A program made the position numbers and the translations under genes. A stretch of 64,000 nt of DNA from Octopus sinensis. Lineage: Eukaryota. Positions 26,130-40,642 of the stretch are shown here, piece after piece. The notes beneath the pieces are model-generated. The model was not told the origin of the DNA, ran no database searches, and was given only the letters and a program-made list of their open reading frames with translations. Each line of letters begins with the position of its first letter. Positions within the stretch are counted from its first letter, which is position 1. Where the stretch lies: contig NC_042998.1 of the NCBI RefSeq assembly GCF_006345805.1, forward strand, positions 16,368,001 through 16,432,000, written 5' to 3'.

Positions 26130-27190
26130 GGATTCTCTGTGCAAAACATGTAAAAAAAAATGTGGTATTAGAAAGCGGGACAAAGAATCATTAGATATTT
26201 GTTGTTGTAAAAGTGAAGTCCATTTACCAATAATTGAGCCTCCAGAACTTATAAAACATATTCTTTTGGTACCACGTCAGAATCTAAATACTTTCTTAAA
26301 AAATGTTTCAGCATACAATTGTGCTTTTCAAATGACATCATTTGGGACAAAACCTATAAGGGAAAGTGGGTTTATCCCGACTTTTAAAGTGCAAAGAGAA
26401 ATTTATCACAGAATTTGCTCTCTTAACCATTTACAGAATAAAGATCTACAGTTTTTACAAATGTATTTTATAAGTGACGTTCAAAGTGAAGCATAGTGTT
26501 GCTACAAGAATTATCCAGGTACAAGACAAGAACTTATTTTTAAGCTGCGAGGAATACTTCACAAAAAGCTTCCAGTATATTTAGAATTTATTTCAACAGC
26601 GGACTTCCAAGTTGTCATTGATGCTGACAAAAGACCAGTCGGCGAACAAGTCTGTCGATTCAATGTTCGTGAGTGTAATCAAGTAGTTATTATTATGGTT
26701 GGAGAACAACATGGTAAATGAGATATTGTTTCGAAGTATCATGATAATATCATCACGTCCGTGACTGAAACATCTCGTTCATATGATGCTTTACAATATC
26801 ACTTGCTTTTTGTTAACCGAGAAGATGGATACCATTTTGGAATATCACAATTTGGATGAAGCACTTACATAAATCCTGTATCTTGAATGGATTATTATGG
26901 TCATCGGTAGATGATTCGCAGTAATTCATTTAATCATCTTCACAATTGCCAAAATCTTTTTCACCAGTATGTTCTGCCAAAATGCAGTCGGATAGGTTGT
27001 GCTACATAAAAACGCACAAAAAAGAACTACGTGCGGAATTTTACGTGTACCTACGAGATAGCATTAACAATGATATTGCTGGGACAGGGATCGAACAGCT
27101 TTATGTTCTCCCATCCAGTTTTACAAGAAGCCCAAGATATATGCACATGAGAAGACAGGATGCTATGACTTACGCCTACTGTCATTGAAC
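26130..27190 (+). mobile_element. Helitron Rep N-terminal region, decayed
   Basis: CCCKSEVHLP..EPP, YNCAFQMTSFG, GFIPTFKVQ..IYHRI.SL, FLQMYF, SYDALQY, LRAEFY, LPSSFT.SPRYMH...QDAM. Confidence 0.9.
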
Positions 27191-27732
27191 CCTGCATAAT
27201 CACTAAGTGAGACATACAAACTTACAACTTTCGGCCATTTTATTTTTATATAGAGAGATTAAAGACGTTTGAAAGACTCTCACGGGAAGATAGATAAAAT
27301 CTCTCTTATTTCCCCAATTTTCAGTACTCAAAATGTATAAGGAGACGTATGTTTGTGACTTATTAACGTCAGGCCCTGGCGGATTGAATAAAAAGACAAG
27401 GGAATCTCATCATATGTACACAAAACTGTTTGATTGAATAATCTTATTTTATTCCTTGTTTTTTTCTTTTCTGTTTCTTCTCTTTTCATATTTCTCTTTT
27501 TTTCTTTATTTTTTGCCACATGCAAACTTAAGAATTGTAGACTGATGATGTCATTCTATCAACGTGGGGGCTCTGGTGACCCTCATTCATATTTTGTATT
27601 TCACCTATTATAAACTTGAATTTCTCTGTATGACTTTCATTTTGAAATAGCGAAAGACAGGTTAGTTGGCGAAATTTCGTTCAGCAAATAAAATATTTTT
27701 TGCAATAGCATCTCCCTCTTCGTATTTTCTAA

Positions 27733-27800
<68 letters not shown>

Positions 27801-27822
27801 TATTATTATAATTATTATTATT
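27733..27822. repeat. (ATT)n microsatellite
   Basis: Direct inspection. Confidence 0.95.
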
Positions 27823-28352
27823 GAGTGAGAGATCAGTTCATGCCATCAAAGTGACACTGGGGTAAAATATACGAAACCCAATATACCCATCATGACTACC
27901 CGTCTGATAAGTGTACACCAGGCACATGCATCACAACCATATATGCGCGACATGGTGATCTCATATCAAGATAAACAGCACATAACGTTGCAGGTGGGGC
28001 CCAGTTAGAATTTTCTTCAGGTTGAGTAGCCCATCCCGCTCAAAAGGTCCCTGAATAAGGGTTGTTTAAGGATGTGGAACGAGACACCCATGTTTCCAGA
28101 GGTGAATTATTCAAACCCCAAAGAATCTCTCTCAACACATGGCTATGATGTTCCCCCACTACTTCTGCTCGTGATCAGACATGCACATGTCATCAGCCAT
28201 TAAGGGACATGCTCAACTGGTTAAGGTCAAACAGCTGACAAGCAAATCTGTGGTATTGAGCAGAATATTTGCTGTAGCCCATCTTTTAAACCAAGACAAA
28301 ACAATATACATGATAACACTTTCAATCAATTAAGATCAGAAGCCATGAGAGT
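27820..28352 (-). mobile_element. Interspersed repeat flanked by (ATT)n; possible non-LTR 3' UTR or SINE with an (AAT)n tail
   Basis: Both ends recur at 49940-50090 with an internal deletion. Confidence 0.7.
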
Positions 28353-28374
28353 TATTATTTTTACTAGGTAAAAG

Positions 28375-28450
<76 letters not shown>

Positions 28451-28948
28451 TCATCGTCATCACCATCGTCATCATTTTATTTGCATTACATATATATTAA
28501 ATTTCAATTTGTTTCTACGCATAAAGATATATGAAATAATTTATTTCGGCTATACTCTGATGGTATGCGTGTTTGGGTAATGGAAAAAAAAAACTTCCTT
28601 ATGCGAGTTGTTGCCAATCTTCCTTCTTGTTATTTAAATCACATTAATTAAAGGTAGACTTTACCTCAATAGGAATTGAAATCGGAACATTAGCTCTTGC
28701 ATCTTTCGCGAACTATATTAATAAACGGATATATTCCAAAACAATTTTTGGAAATTACACAGCAATGTACTTTGCAAAGATACTTTCTGTAATGGAATGC
28801 TGTTTATCTATGTGTGTAATAATCGCCAATATCGGAAATGTTATTTCCTGAACAGTGTTAAAATGCTATATTTTTAAAGTGTAATAAGTTGTCTTCATTA
28901 CATACTTAAGAGGATATATACATATAACTACATACCTATATACGTACA

Positions 28949-29243
<295 letters not shown>

Positions 29244-29811
29244 TCTAGAAATAACATCACCAGAAAGAAAACAAGAGATGTAATAGTGCTATACATTCGA
29301 AGGGAAATTATTAACAAAACAGTGTCTCCAATATTGGGTAGGAATTGAAATATTTATTAATAAAAGAAATCACATTATGTTCCTTGTATAACTCTGGTTA
29401 CAAACAAATGACCAACACATATACAATATATATAAGTGTTAGCGTGTATGCTACTGTTTTTCTTGGAAATTACTTCGAATGTCAATTTCGATCAAGAATA
29501 CTTAAGTTATTCAATTTTGAAAACAATCTTGGTATCTTTTTTGAATGGAAAAACAAATATAATACGTAGCCAAAGCGTTTTCATTAAGTAACTTTGAAAG
29601 GATATTTCGAAGTGCGAAAAATCATCATTGTATATCATCTACAGTTATTTTCATAGCATATGTGCTTTTCACTGTGGTGCTGCTACAAATGGAGTTTTCA
29701 GGTTTTATCTTCTAGACATGTTTTGTTGATTCCCATCCACGACTGAGGTGTTATCGACTAAACATTTTTGGTATCTTTGCGTTAAATTTGTAATATAACC
29801 AGATGTTATTA

Positions 29812-30015
29812 TGATGGCAGGCTGGTAGAAACTTTAGCACGCCGGGGAAAAGTTACTAAGTGATATTTCGTCCGTCTTTACGTTCTGCGTTCAAATTACA
29901 CCGAGGTCAACTTTTCTTTTCATCTTATCGGCGCGATAAACTTAACACCAGTAGGACACTGTGGCCGATGTAATCGATTCAACCTCTGTCTGGAAATCGT
30001 TGGCCTTGTGCTAAA
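29812..30015 (+). mobile_element. Nin/Deu-like SINE
   Basis: Similar to 4500-4690 (tagcacgccggg...gttcaaatt..accgaggtcaacttt). Confidence 0.75.
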
Positions 30016-30185
30016 CTTAGAACTCAATAAAATATAATGGCCAACAGGTAAGAAATTGTCGTTAATCAGTGTCTGATGCCACAGTTTGATTAATGAATAT
30101 AAAGCATTTTCTCCTTTGCATTGAAAGCGAAACATTACATTGCTCGCCTTCTGACTTGGAGGCCACTTGCTTAATTTCGTAGAAT

Positions 30186-30606
30186 CTCTTACTCTTTTAC
30201 TCTTTTACTTGTTTCAGTCATTTGACTGCGGCCATGCTGGAGCACCGCCTTTAGTCGAGCAAATCGACCCCGTGACTTATTCTTTGTAAACCCAGTACTT
30301 ATTCTATCGGTCTCTTTCTCCGAACCGCTAGGTGACGGGGACGTAAACACACCAGCATCGGTTGTCAAGCAATGCTAGGGGGACAAACACATACACACAA
30401 ACACAAACACATACATACACACACATATATATATACATATATACGACAAGCTTCTTTCAGTTTCTGTCTACCAAATCCACTCACAAGGCATTGGTCGGCC
30501 CGGGGCTATAGCAGCAGACACTTGCCCAAGATGCCACGCAGTGGGACTGAACCCGGAACCATGTGGCTGGTTAGCAAGCTACTTGCCACACAGCCACTCC
30601 TGCGCC
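30186..30606 (-). mobile_element. Full-length tRNA-derived SINE
   Basis: tRNA-like head (ggcgcaggagtggctgtgtgg...gggttcagtccc on the minus strand), internal (CA/TA)n and (AGTAAAAG)n tail; near-identical to 44446 and 48712. Confidence 0.9.
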
Positions 30607-32084
30607 TGTTGATAATTTTGTTATTTTTGGTTAAGAGTATGATAAGAAATATTTTGCTTCGGTGTATTGAAAGGTATTTTGGTTTATGATATCTAATGAC
30701 GCAAATTATATATAGGAAGAAATTAATTGCATGGTATACTAAAAAATTAATTTGTGTGTTCCTGCGGTGTGTTGTATCAGCTGCATCTGTGATCTCCTGC
30801 TCAGCGTGAATGAGTGGTCTTAAGGAATATATATGCAATATATTGTCATACGGAGCGCATTTAATCTACATTCTTCCCAGTATTTAACATATAGAATCCT
30901 CGCTAAAGATAAATTATAGAACCTAAGAGCCCTTTAAATATGCGAAAATAAATGCATGCTGTTTCAAAACTCTACCCAAAGCAATTGAGAAAATATGTGT
31001 ATAGAAAAGGCGTATGTTATAAATCTTTCAATAGTTTTCGTACTGGGTAAAAGATAATGATTCACTTACCACGTATGGAAGTGATTAAATTTCGTAATAT
31101 CTTATGTTAGCATGACTTAACCGTTCATATTAACTACCACCCATTTCTATAAATATTTAAACAGCATTTTTGTTATATTTTGAACAAATTCACTCTCCTA
31201 CAATATTGAACGTAAAATGATTTTAGAGCTTCGAAGCCTGAATTTGAGAAAGTCATGTGAAATTTAGCGGCTGCCAAAAAAATTCAGCATCTTATATCGC
31301 GTGATATTCGACAAAATTACCGATTATATGTGAAAAAGATAATAAAATTTCTCACTGGACGCTGTTGTGTATTATAAAACAGCCCTAATAGAACATCGTG
31401 TGTGTGAGTGTGTGTGCATGTGTCAGTCGAATGTGAGTTTGCGTATATATGTATATATATATTTATATATATTTATGTTTGTGTATCTATGTGTATTATG
31501 TGTGTGTGAGTTCAACCTCAAGGTTACTAAATAAAATTTCATTACAACTAGAAAGTCTAAACTGCTCTCATTCTAAACCTCCTTTGAATATATTCGAAAG
31601 GTTGTATGTAAGACAATGCTTCTTTGACTTAATCATTAAATATTTTCCAAATGATTATAGGTATATATTAAGCTACATGCCACGTAGTTTAGACATGAAC
31701 ACGAAAAAAGTACAGAACAAATCCCTGTAATGAAAAGTATGACAAGATTCGTAGCTCAGAATCCACAATCTGTAAGATGAAAGAGAAATAACAGTGATAC
31801 CGTATTAACATACCAGTTAAGTGGCACCTGTTAATGAAAAATAAAACTTATAAGTCACGTAAATGAAAAGAAAGGAGCGAATAAGGGCTACATCAATGAA
31901 AGGAGTAAAATGATAAAAGCGGTATGTATCTAGCATTTGAAGTATTTTTTACAACGGATATTGAAAGCATTCCAAAAATATTATTTAAAAGAAAAAGTAT
32001 GCTTGACACCTAAAAGGAAAATATAGAAACGTATGCATATTTACACACCTACGCATATGATATGATATGTGTTGAGTGGGATAT

Positions 32085-32127
<43 letters not shown>

Positions 32128-34939
32128 AGAACGAACGAGAGAAATAGGGAGAGAGAGAGAGAGAGAAAATCATTCCATGCAAGCGTTTCATGTAAGTGTT
32201 GCCTATGCAATATGGTAAAACTTATTACGCAAAACTTGTACTTTCTCAATAATCGAATGATATCTTATTCCTATGGTGACAATCAAATATATTCATGCTG
32301 AGAAAATTAATCCCTATTGAATACACGCCAATAAGCAAAACTGTCTGCCATAGAAAAACATTTTGTGTCTACTTCTGTCATAGTTACGACATTGTAATAT
32401 TTCCAAACGTATATCTGTATGTATATGTTGTATATATGTAGGAAGAAGTAAATATCATGTAACTTACAAAATTTAAGTACTCAGATTAAAGATAAAATCG
32501 GTCACCTATGAATCGATAGCAATTTTATTTGGTTACATGGAAGAAATACATTCTGTATTATGTAAATATCGGAACACTCACACACACAAGACGTATGTAT
32601 ACTAAGTTTTAAATTCTACATTCTAAAGACAAAGTGATAGATATCACTGATCCAGATGTCTGAGCTCTGTGTTCAAATCCCCCTTGGGTCAACCATGTTT
32701 TTAATCCTTTCACGTTCGGTAAAGTACCAATCAAATAATGGGATCGATGGTTTCGATCAACGTTCATCTCTTGACAGTGCTGCGCTCAACGTAAACTAAA
32801 AACCGTCATATATCATCTAAGCAGGTGCAGTAGGGCGGCATATTAAAAAAAATCTCTTCGTGATCATCAGGTCTTAGTTTCGATTCCACTGCGTGACACA
32901 ATAAGCAATAGTAAAAATAGTAAGTTTTTATGGCTTTGTGTCAGCTGTGTGTTTTGAGCGCAATTGGTAAGACGAAATCTGTTTAGAAACTCGCCAAATA
33001 GAATATACTTGTAATTTAAAGGCCCGCTCTTGTCACACTGCGCTAACGTGGTTCGACTTCCGAATTCCATTAAGATGTATGTGTTTGTGTGTTTGTGTGT
33101 GTGTGTGTGTGTGCGTGTACAGATGACTTAATGAACACACGAATCCAAGTAGCAAGCATCATCGAATCTCATTGCAGTTCCGTTGTATTTAATAACAACT
33201 TGATTCATTTCCGATAACTTTAAACTTCGCCGTCTGTCTCCATGTATGTGATGGGGTTAAACTTGTCCTATGTTCACAATAATTTAAGTAAAGTATAGTT
33301 GAGTGTCACTGTAATTCCTTGCGTAAACACAAACAGCTACACACACATATGCACACGCAAACACACATAGAAGCGTAAATCACCCTTGACAACGATTGAC
33401 AGTTATAATATTTATTATGAGATGATTTCAGTTCAGTCATTACATAAATCTAAGCAATAGTGCTCTTTTTAATATATAGCTTCATAAATTTATCTACTTC
33501 ATTTATTGAATCACCACTTACCAAATTTTATAGTATATATTTTTTTACATATAAGATAGATATATAGTTCAACTAAAATTGTTCTTTATAAGTGAATAAT
33601 TCCAATAAATTTACAGTGCATTACAGTTTCGTAATGGTTTGTGATTATCTAAATACTATTATATGATATATGAGATCATGAAATAAATACGTTCGGTAAA
33701 ATCGGTATTTAATGTATTTCAGTGTGCATACATGTTAAAACTTTCAATTATAAATGGTTGTTCAAATTCTGGATTATGCAATAAATTTGAATAATTTGTG
33801 AACGATCTTCGAAATGACATCATCCATTTCCTGACTTACCAATACAATCACCATAAAAGTGGTCCTATACCAATAAGACTATTTTTTTTATATTACAGAC
33901 AGAGAATAACGAATAAGAGTTCTCGGAAATACAGAAGTTTAGTAAATGGCTTTATACTATTGCATATTGAGAAAATATTTGACATGTCATGAAATAAATA
34001 GAAAATAAATTGAATAAATTTTCCAGGTTACAAATGTCAAAAATTTATTCCGACATCTTATTAATATACATGCAATATATTTTTCAGAGGAAACATCAAC
34101 GTATAAGACGATCTTGTAAGACATATAACGCAGTATTCGGTATTCTACCAAGGCATACATATTAAGTTGGATATAAAGATTACCCTTAAAGTATGAGAAG
34201 TAGAGAGTAAATGCTTAATACATTTAGTTATTTGCAGGGATAGATATTTGAAATAACTTATTGAAGAGGTACTGAGAGGACAGGATATAATGAAATTAAA
34301 ACTGTTAACTTCTATCAGTGGGTAAAAAACAGTCCACGCTGGGAGCAACAAAATTCAAGATACAGGACGGTAACATGAAATGAGATAGAATATGTTGTTA
34401 GTGCTAAATGGCAATAAAAATCTTAAAGAGAACTTGGGAAAATTACATCCTAAACTATAGAAAAATCTCCAAAGAAGAGTACACCGCACTGGACACAATC
34501 TATTTACATTTTCATCATTTATTAATTTTTCAAAAAATCTGAATATAACTGAACTCTCACTAACGTACATTTGTCATGATCTTCCCCGAACATTTACATT
34601 GATATTACCAGCTATCCCTTTGAAACTCGATGAAATTTCTGTAAACGTATCAATGTTTGATGATTTAAATATGTTTGTCTAATTTTTACCTTGTAAATTT
34701 AAATTTGCCTAGAGATTTTATTTATATATTTGTACCATTGTTAAGCAAAAATTGTTAAAACTAGTTTGATATGAGGATAACTCTTTTACAAATTTTAAAA
34801 AGGACAACATGTTTATGTTTTGGCAAAGTCTTGTGATTTGGTTCAATGGCTTTCTGCTGACATCCATTCTTGGCTGACCACGGTCAGGGAATTGAATTGA
34901 AATAGAACTGATGGACACATTAGTATAATTAAGGTTGTA

Positions 34940-35871
34940 TGAGGGACATACAACCTTGCGTATGAACAATGGAACGGTTTTCTGAATCTAGCGTTGTGTC
35001 TGTTTGGAGCTGTAGGATGGTGCCAAGTCCTGCCGGAAGCTACAACATGCGCCTTGAAAGTGTTCATTCACCAACGGATGCAGATCAGCTTCCAGAATGT
35101 TGCTAATGTATCGTGGGATGTTAATTTTAACACGCGAATGCACAAAAAGGAGTTGAGGCATTCCAGTACCTGTCACGGCCGTCCAAACCATAACTAATTG
35201 AGGATTTTGACTTCGATTTAGGGGTCTACCCTCGATGGAGCCAGATAAACTCCAAAGTCGCTCATTCTGGTGGTTTACTGTCTGTTCGATGTCAAAATTC
35301 TTTTCATTAGTACACACCTCGTTGCGCAGGGTACCTTATGTAATCTGACGGAGGTAAAGACGTATTTTCTCCAGTCTTATGCACTTAAGCTCATGACTGC
35401 TGCTCATCCTGTAGGGGTTGGTCCTGACATCTCCTTTCAGCATTCGATATATCGATGTTCATTTTAATTTTGCTATAGCAGTCAGTCTCTGACGGAACAA
35501 CGAGGATTTCGCCGTATCTTTTTTCTGGTAATTTTGATAAGCTGAGATGTCCGCACACTTCTTCTTCGGCCACGTCCAGGTTGATCAGTGGTGGAACCAG
35601 TCTCTTGAAATGTCTTAACAATTTTCCAGACTGTTGGGTTTTTTTTAATCTATTTGATAAAGCTGTATTATTTTCGCATCCATTGTGGAAGGTTATGATT
35701 GTAATTCGGTCTATAGCCATTATCTAATTTATAAATCTGAATTATTTATTTAGTCAGAAATAAAAGGAAGACGCACTAAACTTTTATAATCATGTATAAT
35801 TTTCATATCTTATCACATTTAGTGATATTTATTACAGCCGGAAACTTGCCTTAATTTCGAGATACCCTGTA
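34940..35871 (-). mobile_element. Tc1/mariner-superfamily transposon remnant (maT/rosa-like)
   Basis: NEKNFDIEQTVNHQNERLW...VMVWTAVT...FRQDLAPSYSSKQTQ; frameshifted HTH region upstream; one TIR-like end TACAGGGT at ~35870. Confidence 0.8.
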
Positions 35872-35919
35872 TACAATCACACACACACACGCACACGCTC
35901 TCCCCCACCTCTCTCTCTT

Positions 35920-35951
<32 letters not shown>

Positions 35952-38031
35952 ATTCCTTATGTCCAATAGAAGCTGAATTTGTATAAATCATAACAAAATC
36001 TATGTATCATGTATAAAAGTAATACATTATGAAAAGCTTAATTAACTGTCATGTTCGTCTTCTGGCTAATTGCACTGTTTGTGATTTTTCAAACACAGAT
36101 GCAAGCAGCAGAAACGCACATTTAGCAGCGCTATCAACGATGCTGGATAACTTTCATTAGCAACTGATATACTTCTGTATTATGTAACGTCATTCTGTGA
36201 GAGATAGGCTGCGATTTCACTGTCGGTATTCGTGTTAAAAATCGAGTTGAGCGAACTTTTGCACTGTTGATCGACGTGTGCTTTCTATGCGCACTGAGCT
36301 CAATATGGGACACCTGCTTTAGCATTTGACAAATATATCGTCCAGTCAAATTCCCCAACCGGTAATTCACGAGTAAGAGCAGTTCATCGGTCCCCTCAGC
36401 GCCCGTTAAGGTGCTAGACATGCACGGTACACTTCACAGGAGATAATGAATTACAGCTCGTTGACAGACCTACCCCTTCATCATCAGGCGAATGAGATCA
36501 TAAATCGAGACGAAGAGTACAGCTAATTAAACTCAGTTAAGCACCACATATATGTCTTAAGTATGACATATAAAGTGCTATGTATATAATTATATAATTA
36601 TACACACATGTATGCATATAGATGTATATTTGTATACATACATAAATACATAATACATATATGTATGTCTCTCCATGTTTGTTTCTGTTCGGTATCTTCG
36701 TATACCTCAACTGCCTTGTTTTACTTCCCAACTTTCATCCACGCTAAATTAAAAATTCTATTTTGGAATTTATGGGAGCAACTGTCGTCAAATACTCATA
36801 TTGTCGTTGAATGCTCGAAATGCGGAGTAGATAGACTGCCAACAACTGATGAAGGGTCGTTCTTTGTGCTACTTGTCCAGTTTTCGTTGTTTGCGCCTAT
36901 ATACATACATATATTCCTATGTATGTATGTATTTAAATATATACATATATACATATGTATTTTTATGTGTACTGCTTGGCTATGTATAAATATTAATAGA
37001 CACGTGTATTGTCAGCTGTATACTCTTACAAATTTCTGAGTAGTTACAAAGGATAATTACTATTTTGAGAATTTATCAGATATGATGAATGAGTAAATGA
37101 TGTATATCAGGTGATTCGTCTCAATTATCAATATCCTGATACCTATATCGAAATTATTGGTATTTAATTTCTCTAGAAAGTTTTCAATATTTATTTCTTA
37201 TTTAGGCACAAATCTCAGCGATTAGTGAAAATGTATAATCATGAATATTGTTTCCAATATTTTACCTGTTAAGCAAACCTAGACGACGAACATCAACGTT
37301 CACTTAGATGTGATTTGAATGTATGAAGTCCAATGAAGTTTAGATGTCAAACCAATATGGAAGCTAATGAACAAATCTGTATGGAATCCGTACTGTTACC
37401 GATGGCTTAATGCTACTTGAAACTGCATAATAAATCCTACTTTGTACTATCCGTGATTTAAATAACATATTACTAATAACACCATGTTTATAAATGAATA
37501 GTCAATGCATATTTTGAAGATCATTGCTCTAAAATTTTAATCGAATTATAAATATTTTGAGAAATTTGCCAAGCATCGGATTTCCTTTCTGCCGTATGGC
37601 GAACACTTTTTTATTCCATTTTCAACTTGTTTGTACATCTAAATACTATAGGAATATATTGAACATTACGAGCAAAACTGCTATTCAAGGCCACTTTTCA
37701 ATCGTTTTTATTAAGTGGCAAAGTATTCAAATATTATATGCCGGGTGTGTTGTGTGAAGTTACTGTTTCAGTATTTTCGCGTAGGCCTGTTCTGAGTGAC
37801 CACTATTTAACTTTTCTGCATATTTATTTCTCACTTCTAGAGGATCAGATTAGAAATCATTGTTAATATTATCTATATACAATTTGCTATCTCTTCCTGT
37901 GTCTCACTCTATCGGTCTCTCTAGTTCTATTTCTATTATGTATATGTGTACAGATATATAGCTAAATAGATATACATCTATATAGACATTTACACACACG
38001 CACACACTCACACACACACACGCATACACAC

Positions 38032-38067
<36 letters not shown>

Positions 38068-38358
38068 CTCCTTACTTATATGTGTGTTTGTATTTATACC
38101 CAAAATTAATAAGGCAATAATGTTGAAAATCTAATTTTGACTTACATATTCATGGTATAATTTCGTAAGTGGTATCAAAACATGTTTAAGATGAAATATT
38201 GAAATGAATTTAACGTGTTAGTACTCTTCTTATGTAATCAAATGTGTCGTATCTTACTTTTGCTGAAATAAACATAGCTTAATAAACTGATTCCTAAGCA
38301 GCATATTGATCTGTATGCTAACGTTACTGTCTTGCTCTGTACAGCCACATTAATAACA

Positions 38359-38392
<34 letters not shown>

Positions 38393-40185
38393 CTGTATGG
38401 TTCGTTGTTTTCCTCCCTTTTTTTACCTTATGTATTACAAGGGCTGTTGTTTGCGGAGACTTATTTTTGTAGTAATAGTAACAGTAGCCATTTGACTGCT
38501 ATTTCTAATGTTTTCGGTATGTGGTTTAAGCAACTTGTTGCTCAAATATCCTTTATTATAATTATATAAATTTGTAACGAATATGGTCCTTTCCATACCG
38601 AAATTACTACTAGGTGAAATTTATTGATTTTATTAAATTAATTATATTTCACCCTTTATCTGTATATTTCACCCTTTATCTGCTATATATATATATAGCA
38701 CGCTAATACAGACACCCTTATATATATATGTATATATCTATACATATATTCACACACATATCTGTGTGTGTGTAAATCCGTGTCATACATATTCCATTGA
38801 AAAACCAATATATATATATATATATAATGTTATCCAAGCTGATATTTTTCTATTAGCTAAACGGCCTTGTCCGTAAACACATATTTTACTTGCAAGCTAC
38901 CGTATACTCTCCTAAGATAATATTTCATCATTGGCCAAAAAATATATTAAACACATCCTGATGGATGTATAAAATATACGTGCATATATCTGGAAATAGT
39001 TATCTTCCACTCCTCAGCATTCATACGCTGTGAAAATATTTGTGAACAGTCGATTGATTATGTATTTTAGCTTCCGGTGGCGTGGAAATTGTTTCAAAAT
39101 GTGTTAGGTTCAATTAATTTACATAGCATTCTTTTCTGTATTGCCCGCCTTTACCTATTGTTTACACAACCAATTGCTTTGTGAATGCTTTACCATTGGC
39201 AAAGAACTGCCGCATATTTCTGACTATATTTATCATCTCAGATGTTTTGAATTCATTTGTGGCAGAACAGGGATCGTTGTAATCATTGGTTTTTCAGTCA
39301 TAATAACAGAACACAATATCTCACCGCTGTATGAGAGATAGCTTGTAGCTATCTATATACCAATACAATATCATCTATCGTAAATTGCTTTGCAAAACAG
39401 AAATGCTAACAAATATATAAATACACATTTCTATATTTAGTTTTTCAACCTTTGTCATATATTCAGTTGCTTCGATACTGCCTTTACCCATCATTCTTGG
39501 ATTTGTATACTAAACCTAAAATCTGAGTGCATATTGCATCAGTTTTGTTAATATTTCTTAAACTTTAACCCTATAATTGTTTGTAAATTTGACTCGCATA
39601 TGCTATATTTGATTACAGTAACCAATATCGATTTCAGTACACATTAAATATTATGTTACGTTATGTATTACAGAAAATAAATTAAGTAAAGTCACGATGA
39701 ATGTTCATTGGCATCTAAATTCAAAATTGTGGTGCCTAAAACTCCCTCAATATTTTGTCATTTTGCTCTATTAATTCTGCCTCTTAAAGAGCCGATAAAT
39801 AATCTGAAGTGTTCTTTATTTTGGTTGTACATATACATAAATGCAGTCAGAAATAGCTGTGTACGTACATAAACTTGCATGTATGTATATGTATACAAAC
39901 ACAAACACACATTGCTACCATGATGTGTACATACACACATACATATGTATGCATGTATCTATGTATCTATGTAAGTATGTATGAATGAATGCATTTGAAA
40001 GGCTGATTTCATTAACGTCTACCAAATCCATTCACAAGACTTTAGTCGACCTGTGCCTATGGTTGAACACTCATACCAAAGAATATATTTATTGGAACTG
40101 AACACGAAGGCACCTGGTTAGGAGGCAGATTGCTTACCACATAGCCACACCTATATATGTATATATATATATACACACACACGCA

Positions 40186-40235
<50 letters not shown>

Positions 40236-40314
40236 GGTCCCGGTTGAGTCGGGGTTAACCACAGTAAATAATGTACTCAATACATAGCAGAGTAAATTAA
40301 TTTATTTTATAGAA

Positions 40315-40370
40315 GGAGCTTCTACAGGACTAGAACTGTTTCATTCAGAAGAAATCATCAGGAAGCTTCC
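40315..40370 (-). ncRNA. Type-I hammerhead-like fold
   Basis: GGAAGCUUC-CUGAUGA-UUUC UUCU GAAU-GAAA-CAG UUCUAGUC CUG-UA|GAAGCUCC; stems I and III pair, U.U at the base of stem II. Confidence 0.65.
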
Positions 40371-40378
40371 ATCCGACA

Positions 40379-40425
40379 CTTCCTGATGATTTCTTCTGAA
40401 TGAAACAGTTCTAGTCCTGTAGAAG
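40379..40425 (+). ncRNA. Type-I hammerhead-like fold (mirror copy)
   Basis: CUUC-CUGAUGA...GAAACAG...CUGUA|GAAG, 4-bp stem I. Confidence 0.6.
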
Positions 40426-40465
40426 CTCTTTCTATAAAATAAATATATATATATGTATATATATG

Positions 40466-40642
40466 GCGATTTTTTTTCCTATGTCTTCCCTTCTCTGGAT
40501 CTTTTCTTCTCCTATGTTTTCGACGAAGAGCTCCGCTCGAAACGTTAAATCCTCCTTCTTTCCTTCTTTCCTGAGCGTCCAATAATAATATATTTGTTCC
40601 ACGTCCTCGCGTTGTTGTGCTTTTGGGTTTTCTTGTTCGGAT

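Larger units (their letters stand above)
40232..40444. mobile_element. Foldback element with ~65-bp arms (40301-40365 / 40379-40444) and a 13-nt loop, inside (TA)n
   Basis: Direct reverse-complement match; second copy at 45692-45875. Confidence 0.92.

Noticed and set aside
36805-36870. GAAA...CUGAUGAAG in permuted (type II) hammerhead order
   Set aside because: No valid NUH site or stems in this copy
38645-38685. 20-bp tandem duplication (tatatttcaccctttatctg x2), and the ~150-bp diverged duplication at 49700/50205
   Set aside because: Ordinary local slippage or duplication with no further structure
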